DNA of 14,883 bases from a candidate division WOR-3 bacterium (GTDB lineage: Bacteria; Hydrothermota; Hydrothermia; LBFQ01). The translations under genes and the position numbers were made by a program. The DNA is taken from positions 1-14,883 of the forward strand of contig JBDRWW010000018.1 of assembly GCA_039802605.1 (NCBI GenBank), written 5' to 3'. The notes beneath the pieces are model-generated. The model had not been told where the DNA came from and did not search any database. It was given only the letters and a program-made list of their open reading frames with translations. Of this stretch, positions 1 to 7,729 are shown one piece after another (positions within the stretch are counted from its first letter, which is position 1; each line of letters begins with the position of its first letter).

Positions 1-1
1 T

Positions 2-121
2 TTTACACCCTTAAGGGAGGATAACGCTTTTGAATGGGATTATGATGATCCTACGAGATCCGCATCCGAAAGGGTTGATGGGTTTATAAGGTTTATATCA
101 CCTATAGGTAGAAAGACTTAA
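2..121 (+). CDS. 3' end of an upstream CDS (partial, unknown product)
   Basis: Open frame [39 protein letters not shown] ends at TAA 119-121, 2 nt before the folE GTG, as expected in an operon. Too short to identify. Confidence 0.55.
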   Translation, partial: FTPLREDNAFEWDYDDPTRSASERVDGFIRFISPIGRKT

Positions 122-123
122 AG

Positions 124-696
124 GTGAATAGGGAAAGGGTCGAAAAACTTATAAGGGAATTGCTTTTGGAGATAGGTGAAGACCCCGAAAGGGATGGATT
201 AAAAAACACACCCAAGAGAATAGCGAGGATGTTTGAAGAGATATTTGCCGGATATAATCAGAATTTAGAAGAAATTCTAAACGGTGCGATATTTGAAGCA
301 AATTACGACGAGATGGTTATAGTTAAGGACATTGACTTTTACTCAATGTGCGAACACCATATGTTGCCGTTTTTTGGAGTAGCCCATGTGGCATATATAC
401 CTAACGAAAAGGTTATAGGACTTTCAAAAATCCCAAGGATAGTTGATATGTTTGCTAAAAGACTCCAAATACAAGAAAAAATGACCGTGGAAATAGCAGA
501 GGCTATAAATTCCCTTATAAACCCCCTTGGGGTTGCCGTAGTTATAGAGGCCGTTCATATGTGTTCCGTTATGAGAGGCGTTAAGAAGCCGAGGAGTAAA
601 ATGATAACAAGCGCAATGCTTGGGGTTTTTAAGGAGGATATAAGGACTAGGGAAGATTTTTTGCACAACATCGGTAGAAATTTGACATTGAGGTAG
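124..696 (+). CDS. folE: GTP cyclohydrolase I
   Basis: Family motifs [29 protein letters not shown] (Zn Cys/His), [15 protein letters not shown] and HMCSVMRGV. 190 aa, GTG start. Confidence 0.97.
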   Translation: MNRERVEKLIRELLLEIGEDPERDGLKNTPKRIARMFEEIFAGYNQNLEEILNGAIFEANYDEMVIVKDIDFYSMCEHHMLPFFGVAHVAYIPNEKVIGLSKIPRIVDMFAKRLQIQEKMTVEIAEAINSLINPLGVAVVIEAVHMCSVMRGVKKPRSKMITSAMLGVFKEDIRTREDFLHNIGRNLTLR

Positions 697-711
697 TTTC
701 CCCCTTATAAT
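682..711 (+). promoter_or_regulatory. Consensus sigma70 promoter with its -35 in the folE 3' end, driving peptidase module 1
   Basis: TTGACA 682-687, 18-nt spacer, TATAAT 706-711; ATG at 720. Confidence 0.8.
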
Positions 712-779
712 ACATTCTTATGGTCGGGATAACTTTAAATGGCGCTTTTGGCCGTAGGTTTAAGGTTTCTGGGTCTCTC

Positions 780-808
780 CTCAAATTCTCTCAAATTCTC
801 TCAAATTC
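780..808 (+). repeat. 10-bp tandem repeat (CTCAAATTCT) x2.9 in the signal-peptide coding region of peptidase 1
   Basis: CTCAAATTCT 780-789, CTCAAATTCT 790-799, CTCAAATTC 800-808. Confidence 0.9.
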
Positions 809-820
809 CTGCTAGTCTTT

Positions 821-2233
821 TTGCTTATGGTGGGTAAGGGGTATTCGGTAATAGTGCCGATAGAAGTTCCGCCTGATATACCCGACAGTTTGCTCTTTGA
901 TTTACAAAAGCTCTCAAAAAACCCTCAGGTTATTGAAAGGCTAAGGCAAATATCGTTAAAAGAGATAAGGAAAGCCTTTGACAACGGTGTTAAGGATGTT
1001 CAGCCCATACTCGTAAGGAAGGGTAAGCCAATAGAACCTCCAAGGGACACATTTTATAAACCCGATGCCTTTTGTGTAAGAAAGAGGTTGAGGACATGCA
1101 TAGGTGGTGGATGGACGAGTGCGGAGGTTTCAAGGATAAACAATCATCTAAGCAGGATTATACCGATAATAGAGGGTATATATGGACAAGCCTTTATGAC
1201 ACCGAAAATATTTTACACTGGAAACCCCTATGTGAAGATAATAAAAGATGACGATGTTCCTTCTGATAAAGGAATAACCTGCGCCCCTTGGTATAATGCG
1301 GTTTGCTTTGTGATAACGGGTGAGTTTGGATGCACCCTTTGGCCTTGGGATGATAACGGGTATATAGTTATAAATCCGGAGGGAGATACGCTTGATGATG
1401 AGGATGACGATGCGTTATTAACCCACGAGTTATTTCATGCGTTTAGGTTAAACTGGATATTGACATACCCGCAGTATGAGGAGGGTCATGCGGAGGCTGG
1501 CAAAATTTTAGCTACAAAGGAACTTTGCAGAATATATGGAATCGCTTGTGGTTTTATCAATACAAATTATACAAACGAAGATACTTATGTTTTCCACCAA
1601 TATTTCAACTTACCTTTTATAGGCTCAAATCTGTGGTGGGGGAACTTTTATGCCTTTGCATATGAACCTCTTTGGGATGCGAGGTATTCAACTTGGGGTT
1701 ATTTGTGGATAAAGGTGTATTTGGCAAATTCAAATTTCTTTTTAAACTTTAATAACAACCTATGCAATATTCCCCCAACAATTGTAAGGCCTCCTTATAC
1801 CTATGATTTATACTTAAACTGGTTAGCCGTTCCATCTTTTGGTAGTGGTCCTATTGAAGGGCAGACTTTTAGGAATTGGTTTAATAATCAACCGGCATTC
1901 TTTAACAATTATCCCATATCATCCAGAAAAGGGAGATTACAATATAACCTTGCAATAACCACATATAATATACCTACCACAACCCTTGATTTAAAAACAT
2001 TTTACTACCGGCGGGAACTTATAATGGAAAAACCCGTGGATAACGCCGTTTTAAGGATGAGGGTTTGGAACTCATCAGGTATGCTAATAAAGGATACCTT
2101 ATTAATCACGGACTCATCGGGCGTGGCAACTATTAGTTTGGGTATAGGTAGCGGTGGGAATGTCTTGAAAGAAAGGTTTAAAATCCAAGTTTGTGATAAA
2201 AACGGCAAGGTAAAAAAGGAGGTTATAAGATGA
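821..2233 (+). CDS. Secreted zinc metallopeptidase (gluzincin-type HExxH...EEG), paralog 1. Probable true start is ATG 720, out of frame across the 10-bp repeat.
   Basis: THELFHAFR followed 13 aa after the second His by EEGHAEAG. Aligns block by block with 7720..9810. An in-frame hydrophobic stretch LKFLLVFLLMVGKGYS extends upstream of 821 but has no ATG before the stop at 761-763. Confidence 0.75.
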   Translation: MLMVGKGYSVIVPIEVPPDIPDSLLFDLQKLSKNPQVIERLRQISLKEIRKAFDNGVKDVQPILVRKGKPIEPPRDTFYKPDAFCVRKRLRTCIGGGWTSAEVSRINNHLSRIIPIIEGIYGQAFMTPKIFYTGNPYVKIIKDDDVPSDKGITCAPWYNAVCFVITGEFGCTLWPWDDNGYIVINPEGDTLDDEDDDALLTHELFHAFRLNWILTYPQYEEGHAEAGKILATKELCRIYGIACGFINTNYTNEDTYVFHQYFNLPFIGSNLWWGNFYAFAYEPLWDARYSTWGYLWIKVYLANSNFFLNFNNNLCNIPPTIVRPPYTYDLYLNWLAVPSFGSGPIEGQTFRNWFNNQPAFFNNYPISSRKGRLQYNLAITTYNIPTTTLDLKTFYYRRELIMEKPVDNAVLRMRVWNSSGMLIKDTLLITDSSGVATISLGIGSGGNVLKERFKIQVCDKNGKVKKEVIR

Positions 2234-2916
2234 AAAAGGTTTTTTGGGTTTTGCCTATTACATTGGTTTTTTATTCATGCTTAAAAAATCTGTGTATGGG
2301 CGACGGTACAACGGGAAGTTGTGAAATATTTAATGCGAGTCCTATAAACGACGGTAAGGCTTTGAATGTTAGGATTTCAAAGGTAGATGAATACGACTAC
2401 ATTTTAATAAGGGGACATTCCACGGATGGTACAGTGGAATTGTACTTAAAGGATGATACAACGGTTGTTTTCAACGAACCATTTGTGGATTTAATAGGGG
2501 AAATGAGGGCGAGGTGTTATGAATGTTCGGGATACATTCTTTGGTTTATAATGTTTAGCGATAACACCCTTAAACTGAGCGACACGACTTATAACGCTTT
2601 GGAAGTTGATACCGGGGGAAATACGAGGGTTGTAAAGGGAAATATGGCAAATCCCCCTTATATCAAGTTTGTAAAGATTGATACGAGTATATACGCCGTC
2701 GGGAACGGTATTAAAATTTCATACCCCGGAAGGTTCAAAATAGCACCCGATACGGGATATTACGATACCATAAAGGTTTCCGGGGAGCATGCCCTTTGGA
2801 TAACCTCCAATCCTCAAATGTATGGTAAATTGAAGGTTTCAGGTATGTATAATGACAGCATAACCGTTTGGATAGGTTTTAGAAAGGATATAAAGGGTTT
2901 AAAATGGATAGAATAG
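2230..2916 (+). CDS. Lipoprotein coupled to peptidase 1 (putative inhibitor/partner)
   Basis: MKK + hydrophobic core + FYSC lipobox-like Cys17. ATGA overlap with the peptidase stop, and AAGGAGG SD inside the peptidase C-terminal codons. Confidence 0.75.
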   Translation: MKKVFWVLPITLVFYSCLKNLCMGDGTTGSCEIFNASPINDGKALNVRISKVDEYDYILIRGHSTDGTVELYLKDDTTVVFNEPFVDLIGEMRARCYECSGYILWFIMFSDNTLKLSDTTYNALEVDTGGNTRVVKGNMANPPYIKFVKIDTSIYAVGNGIKISYPGRFKIAPDTGYYDTIKVSGEHALWITSNPQMYGKLKVSGMYNDSITVWIGFRKDIKGLKWIE

Positions 2917-2926
2917 GAGGTGTAAA

Positions 2927-3841
2927 ATGATGTATTTAATTGCGAGTCTTGACTTTGCGGGTTATACGGCGGGGAGTTTTAGGTTTTATCAGGTAATGTA
3001 TAAAGGTTCTCCATATACATCCGTTGAAAAGGATAGCGTTATACTAACCACAACAACTACAAAATGTTCTTCCCCCTCCGATGTGGCGGTTTATATAAGC
3101 GAAGATACCATATATTACACCTATGATTCTTTAAAGGCTTACTATGACGGGGAGTTTTTAACGGATGCTATTAAGATAAATATTAACTCCATAAATTACC
3201 CTATATACTTACGCTTTTTGAGGTTTCCCTTGGTTATGTCCTATACTTGGCAGGTTGTTGATACATGCATACAACCCGCAGGCCGTATGGTTCCTATAAT
3301 GGATTTGGATGCGGACGGCATAAGCGATAGCTTGTTTGTTGATAGTTCTAATATAGGAATAACATTTGTATCTACGGATAGTGTAAAGATTGAAACGGAT
3401 ACGATAACGGTTATTTTTAAACTCACAAGGCCTATGATACTTTACGCGGATTCATCGGATACGATTATGCACAAAAACTTCAAGCACACATTTAAGTTTA
3501 TTTTAAGGGGCAAATACCTCCCTTACATAGGATACGAGTACCTCAGATCGGATACCGCGGAATACATATACGAGTACGATTACATACGCACATCCACATC
3601 GGACAGTTTGCATGCCTCGGCGAATATTACCCTATCACCGTTTTACATAAGGGAACTCATATTCACAAAAGTTGCGGAAAAACCAATTAAGGAAACAAAA
3701 GGACAAGTATATGAACTTTACGATGTAAATGGAAGGCTTATTTGTAGGGGCAAAGGGGCTCTTTACAACACCCAGAAACTACCAAAGGGCGTTTATTTCG
3801 TAAGGGTTGGAAAAAGGGTTAAGAAGGTAATAAGTAAATAG
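2927..3841 (+). CDS. Secreted protein with a T9SS type A-like C-terminal sorting domain
   Basis: SD AGGAGGT before the ATG. C-terminus YELYDVNGRLI...KLPKGVYFVRVGKRVKKVISK. Internal DLDADG (DxDxDG-type Ca-binding loop). Thr/Ser/Tyr/Asp-rich. Confidence 0.7.
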   Translation: MMYLIASLDFAGYTAGSFRFYQVMYKGSPYTSVEKDSVILTTTTTKCSSPSDVAVYISEDTIYYTYDSLKAYYDGEFLTDAIKININSINYPIYLRFLRFPLVMSYTWQVVDTCIQPAGRMVPIMDLDADGISDSLFVDSSNIGITFVSTDSVKIETDTITVIFKLTRPMILYADSSDTIMHKNFKHTFKFILRGKYLPYIGYEYLRSDTAEYIYEYDYIRTSTSDSLHASANITLSPFYIRELIFTKVAEKPIKETKGQVYELYDVNGRLICRGKGALYNTQKLPKGVYFVRVGKRVKKVISK

Positions 3842-3872
3842 ACCCCACACTTAAACAATCCAAAATTTAGGT

Positions 3873-4841
3873 TTGGCACCTTTTGGTACAAAGGAGGTAG
3901 TTTTATTAACACCCCTTACTCAATATTATAGAGGAGTTTTAAGGGGTAATTTCGTTTCAGGGGCGACTTCGTTCTGGTCAACCACCACGGGAAGTATAAC
4001 CATATCGGGAATTCCGGCCGGCGCTTCAATAGTAAAGGCATTACTATTCTGGGGTTGTGAGTGTAATAGCACCTCCGATTTGGCCAATATAAATTTCAAT
4101 GGCACCCCAATAACGGGCTCGGTGGTAGGTTCAACATCATCATTATGTTGGGGAACGGGTTCCTACCTTAACTATGTAGCGGATGTTACCGCTCTCGTTT
4201 CCGGTAATGGAACTTATACGATTTCCGTACCCTCATCCCTTCCCACCACACCGGGAGCGGATGGGGCATCTTTGTATGTTGTGTATTGCGAAGGTTCCGA
4301 ACCCATTAGAACCATAAGCATATATGCCGGTGCGGAACATCTATCCATACTAACTTTCACATCATATTCCTGGACACAAAGCGGGTTTACCGCTACGGTA
4401 AGCCCACAGGCCAAGGCATCCTTTACGGGTGGGGATTGTCAGGATGGATCTTCAAACACTTTATATTTTAATTCCAGTTTTGTTTATACATGCGATGGGA
4501 GTACGCCGGGCAACCATTATGGATGGTGGGAAGCCGATGTTTCATCTATGGTTCCACCAGCGGCAACCTCCGTAAACTGGCAATTTAATTCTAGCGGATC
4601 CGACTGCGTATCTCCAAATGTTAGCGTAATATCCATAACATCGGTTGATCCCGAAACATATACCTGTGCAGCCGGATACGACGACCCCATATCGGTTGAT
4701 GAAAATGGCAATATATATGCGTCCGAAGAAATAGAGGTTTATAACATTATGGGTCAGAGGGTATCAACAGGTCAAAAACTACCAAAGGGTATATACTTCA
4801 TAAAGGGCAAAAGGGGTATAAAGAGGGTTATACTCAGGTAA
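3873..4841 (+). CDS. Ser/Thr/Gly-rich extracellular beta protein (DUF3344-like) with a T9SS-like C-terminal domain; start uncertain, possibly 5'-truncated
   Basis: ITISGIPAGASIVKALLFWG, ADVTALVSGNGTYTIS and GASLYVVY resemble DUF3344-type surface domains (recognised from memory, not searched). C-terminus IEVYNIMGQRV...KLPKGIYFIKG. No ATG or signal peptide at the 5' end. Confidence 0.6.
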   Translation: MAPFGTKEVVLLTPLTQYYRGVLRGNFVSGATSFWSTTTGSITISGIPAGASIVKALLFWGCECNSTSDLANINFNGTPITGSVVGSTSSLCWGTGSYLNYVADVTALVSGNGTYTISVPSSLPTTPGADGASLYVVYCEGSEPIRTISIYAGAEHLSILTFTSYSWTQSGFTATVSPQAKASFTGGDCQDGSSNTLYFNSSFVYTCDGSTPGNHYGWWEADVSSMVPPAATSVNWQFNSSGSDCVSPNVSVISITSVDPETYTCAAGYDDPISVDENGNIYASEEIEVYNIMGQRVSTGQKLPKGIYFIKGKRGIKRVILR

Positions 4842-7602
4842 AACTCAAAGCCCTTTTACACTTGGGGCATACCTCATCAAAGGGTTCCTCAAACCACATC
4901 CAGCACCTCGGGCATTTTTCACCCTTTGCGTGGGAAACCGCCCAGATCCCAAACTCCCCCTCTACCCTCTCATCCCCATAAGGTTCATCCGTTATAACGA
5001 ATTGGGAAACGCCGAAAATTTCCAAAAGGTAGGGTTTGTATTCTTCTAACAAGGGTTTGTATTCATCCTTAGGTTTAAACTCTATCCTCGCATCAAGGTT
5101 TTGACCTATAACCCTTTTATCCCTTCTCAAAACTTCCAATGCGGGATAAACCTCTTCCCTCATCTTCAACAAAACGCCTAAATCTTTTTCAAGTTTTTCG
5201 TTTTTAAACTTTGCCGTTAATTCTTTCCAAACCTCCAAGAAGGGACTTTCAGCCCATTCCTTAAAGGGTGAAAATCCCCAAGCCTCTTCAACCGTATGGG
5301 GAATTATCGGTGCGAATATCATAAGTAGATGGTATAATATGTAATAAAGGGATGTTTGGGCGGATCTCCTCTCTTGGCTTGTCGGTGCATATGTGTATAA
5401 CCTATCCTTTAAGGCTTCAAAGTAAAATGCGGACATATCAACTATAAAGTCATAGGATTTTCTGAAAACCTTTTCAAACTCAAAGTTGTCAAAGTGTTCC
5501 AAGCAATCCGATACGAGGTTATACAAAACGCTTAAAGCCCACTTATCCAAGGGTAAGAGTTCATCGTAATCCAAGGGTTTATCAAAATCGTAAAGGTTGG
5601 ATAGAAGGTATCTGTAAGTGTTCCTTATCTTTCTATAAGCATCAACAACTCTTGCCATTATCTCATCTCCTATGCGTAAATCCTCGGTATAATCGGAAGA
5701 TGAGGCCCAAAGCCTTAAAACATCTGCACCGTATTTATCTATGATCTCCTGAGGTGCTATTACATTCCCAAGGGACTTATGCATTGCCCTTCCGAGGTGA
5801 TCCAATACGAAACCGTGGGTTATAACCGCCTTATATGGGGGTTCCCCCTTTGCGGCCATACCTATCATCAAAGAGGCGTTAAACCAACCCCTGTGCTGGT
5901 CCCAACCTTCAAGATAGACATCGGCAGGCCACCCTATTCTCCTCCTTTCAAGTACGGTTATATTCGTTGAACCGGAATCAAACCAAACATCAAGTATATC
6001 GTATTCCTTTTCAAACTCAACACCCCCACACTTATCGCATTTAAACCCTTCCGGCAATAGATTTTTTAGATCTTCCGTTATCCAAGCGTCGGAATTACCC
6101 TCCCTTATTCTTTTTGCCAAATTCCTGATAATACCACTGTTAAGCATTACATTTCCGCAGTTTTTACACCTAATTGCGGGTATGAAAACACCCCAAGCCC
6201 TCTGCCTTGATATTACCCAATCGGGCCTTTCTTTGACGGATGCGTATATCCTGTTTATGCTCTCGGGTGGATACCATTTAACCTTTGTCTCAATGGCCTT
6301 TAAGGCCCTTTTTCTCAAATCCTCGTGATCAACGGATAAGAACCACTGACCGGTGGCCCTGAAAATTAGGGGTTTTTTATACCTCCAATCGTGGGGATAA
6401 CTATGCCTGTATTTTCCGATTTTTACGAAAAAGCCCAACTCCTTTAACCTCTCAACCGCCAAATCACCGCCTTCTTCTATACTCTTACCGGCTACATTTA
6501 AAGGGTATTGGGTTTGCCTATCCGCCTCTTCCGTAAAGTTACCAACTTCATCAACCGGTGAGAAAACTTCCAAATTATAAAACTTGCCTATTTCGTAGTC
6601 CTCCTTACCGTGTCCGGGTGCTATATGAACTATACCCGAACCCTCTTCGGATGATACAAAGGACGCCAATATACCAACGGAAACCCTATCCTTAAATAAT
6701 GGATGATAAAAACGCTTACCCTCAAAGTATGTGCCCTTCTCCACCCTCTTTATTTCCGCATTCCAACCGAGTTCCTCTTTAACCCTTTCGTAATTGTCCT
6801 TTCCAAAAACGACGGTTTTATCGCCTATTTCAACGAATACATATTCCATATCCGGGGAAAATGCAAAAGCCCTATTTCCGTATAATGTCCAAGGGGTTGT
6901 AGTCCAAACCAATATATAAAAGTCTTCGTCCAAGCACCTGGTTAAAAACCAAAGGGAAGGGGATTCCTTTTCGTAATATTCTATCTCAGCCATTGCCAGC
7001 GCGCTCTGACTCTCCCTTGACCAGGGTAACGGCATATAACCCCGATAGATATAACCCTTATCGACCAAATCCGCCAAGAGTTCGGTTTCCGCGGCCTCAA
7101 CTTCGGGATCCATCGTTAAGTAAATGTCATCCCAATCGGTCAAAACCCCAAGCCTTTTAAACTCCCCTTTTTGTATTTCAACCCACTTTTGGGCAAATTC
7201 CCGACATTTTTGCCTAATTTTGAGTTTAACTTCGGGGTCCTTTATACCTTTCTCCTTAACGAGTTTCTTTATTTCATCATCGTTTTCAACAACCTCCTTT
7301 TCAATGGGCATCCCATGATTGTCCCAACCCAAAACAAAACTGATTTTATAGCCCCTTAAAGCCTTATACCTAACCAAAATATCCTTTAATGTTTTGTTTA
7401 ACGCATGCCCTATGTGTATATGCCCATTTGAGTAAGGGGGACCGTCGTGGAGTATGAAAAGTGGGGCATTCCTTTCCTTTAAGGTTTTAAAAACTTTCTT
7501 ATCCTCCCAAATCTTTTGGAAAATTGGCTCCCTATTTGGTAAATTCCCCCTCATCGGAAAATCGGTTTTGGGCATATTCAATGTGTCCTTATAGTTTCCC
7601 AT
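4834..7602 (-). CDS. ileS: Isoleucine--tRNA ligase (type 1, C-terminal Zn finger)
   Basis: YKDTLNMPKTDFPMRGNL N-terminus, LHDGPPYSNGHIHIGH (HIGH), WTTTPWT, DWVISRQRAWG, AMHKS (KMSKS variant), C-terminal CPRC...CPKC. Start moved to ATG 7602 (MGNYKDTL). Confidence 0.97.
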   Translation of the reverse strand: MGNYKDTLNMPKTDFPMRGNLPNREPIFQKIWEDKKVFKTLKERNAPLFILHDGPPYSNGHIHIGHALNKTLKDILVRYKALRGYKISFVLGWDNHGMPIEKEVVENDDEIKKLVKEKGIKDPEVKLKIRQKCREFAQKWVEIQKGEFKRLGVLTDWDDIYLTMDPEVEAAETELLADLVDKGYIYRGYMPLPWSRESQSALAMAEIEYYEKESPSLWFLTRCLDEDFYILVWTTTPWTLYGNRAFAFSPDMEYVFVEIGDKTVVFGKDNYERVKEELGWNAEIKRVEKGTYFEGKRFYHPLFKDRVSVGILASFVSSEEGSGIVHIAPGHGKEDYEIGKFYNLEVFSPVDEVGNFTEEADRQTQYPLNVAGKSIEEGGDLAVERLKELGFFVKIGKYRHSYPHDWRYKKPLIFRATGQWFLSVDHEDLRKRALKAIETKVKWYPPESINRIYASVKERPDWVISRQRAWGVFIPAIRCKNCGNVMLNSGIIRNLAKRIREGNSDAWITEDLKNLLPEGFKCDKCGGVEFEKEYDILDVWFDSGSTNITVLERRRIGWPADVYLEGWDQHRGWFNASLMIGMAAKGEPPYKAVITHGFVLDHLGRAMHKSLGNVIAPQEIIDKYGADVLRLWASSSDYTEDLRIGDEIMARVVDAYRKIRNTYRYLLSNLYDFDKPLDYDELLPLDKWALSVLYNLVSDCLEHFDNFEFEKVFRKSYDFIVDMSAFYFEALKDRLYTYAPTSQERRSAQTSLYYILYHLLMIFAPIIPHTVEEAWGFSPFKEWAESPFLEVWKELTAKFKNEKLEKDLGVLLKMREEVYPALEVLRRDKRVIGQNLDARIEFKPKDEYKPLLEEYKPYLLEIFGVSQFVITDEPYGDERVEGEFGIWAVSHAKGEKCPRCWMWFEEPFDEVCPKCKRALSFT

Positions 7603-7610
7603 AGGTGGGA

Positions 7611-7616
7611 ATTCTA
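7611..7616 (-). promoter_or_regulatory. Putative -10 element (TAGAAT) for a leaderless ileS transcript
   Basis: Minus strand reads TAGAAT-TCCCACCT-ATG (8 nt to ATG 7602). No SD and no clear -35. Confidence 0.5.
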
Positions 7617-7650
7617 ATCCCGTTTGGTTTATCGGTGGAAAATGCATAAC

Positions 7651-7679
7651 TTGACAATTTAAACATTTTTAGGCATTAT
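7651..7679 (+). promoter_or_regulatory. Sigma70 promoter for peptidase module 2 (divergent from ileS)
   Basis: TTGACA 7651-7656, 17-nt spacer, CATTAT 7674-7679; ATG 7688 lies 8 nt downstream. Confidence 0.6.
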
Positions 7680-7715
7680 TGTATGGTATGGACAGGGTAA
7701 AGTTTATATTCCCTG

Positions 7716-7729
7716 TTGTTTGTTTGTTT
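7716..7729 (+). repeat. Tetranucleotide repeat (TTGT) x3.5 in the signal-peptide coding region of peptidase 2
   Basis: TTGTTTGTTTGTTT at 7716-7729, between ATG 7688 and the main frame. Confidence 0.7.

Noticed and set aside
750..767. Twin-arginine (Tat) signal in the reconstructed GRRFKV N-terminus
   Set aside because: It does not fit S/T-R-R-x-F-L-K, and paralog 2 has no RR.
2916..2930. Self-targeting by spacer 7 (13/15 match to GGAGGTGTAAAATGA)
   Set aside because: The match is explained by generic SD+ATG consensus, and the rest of the spacer does not match.
7603..7647. 15-aa N-terminal extension of IleRS in the ORF track
   Set aside because: Family homology starts at MGNYKDTL (7602), and the extension contains the putative -10 element.
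7603..7690. T-box riboswitch upstream of ileS
   Set aside because: The intergenic space is under 90 nt, is occupied by divergent promoters, and has no T-box consensus.
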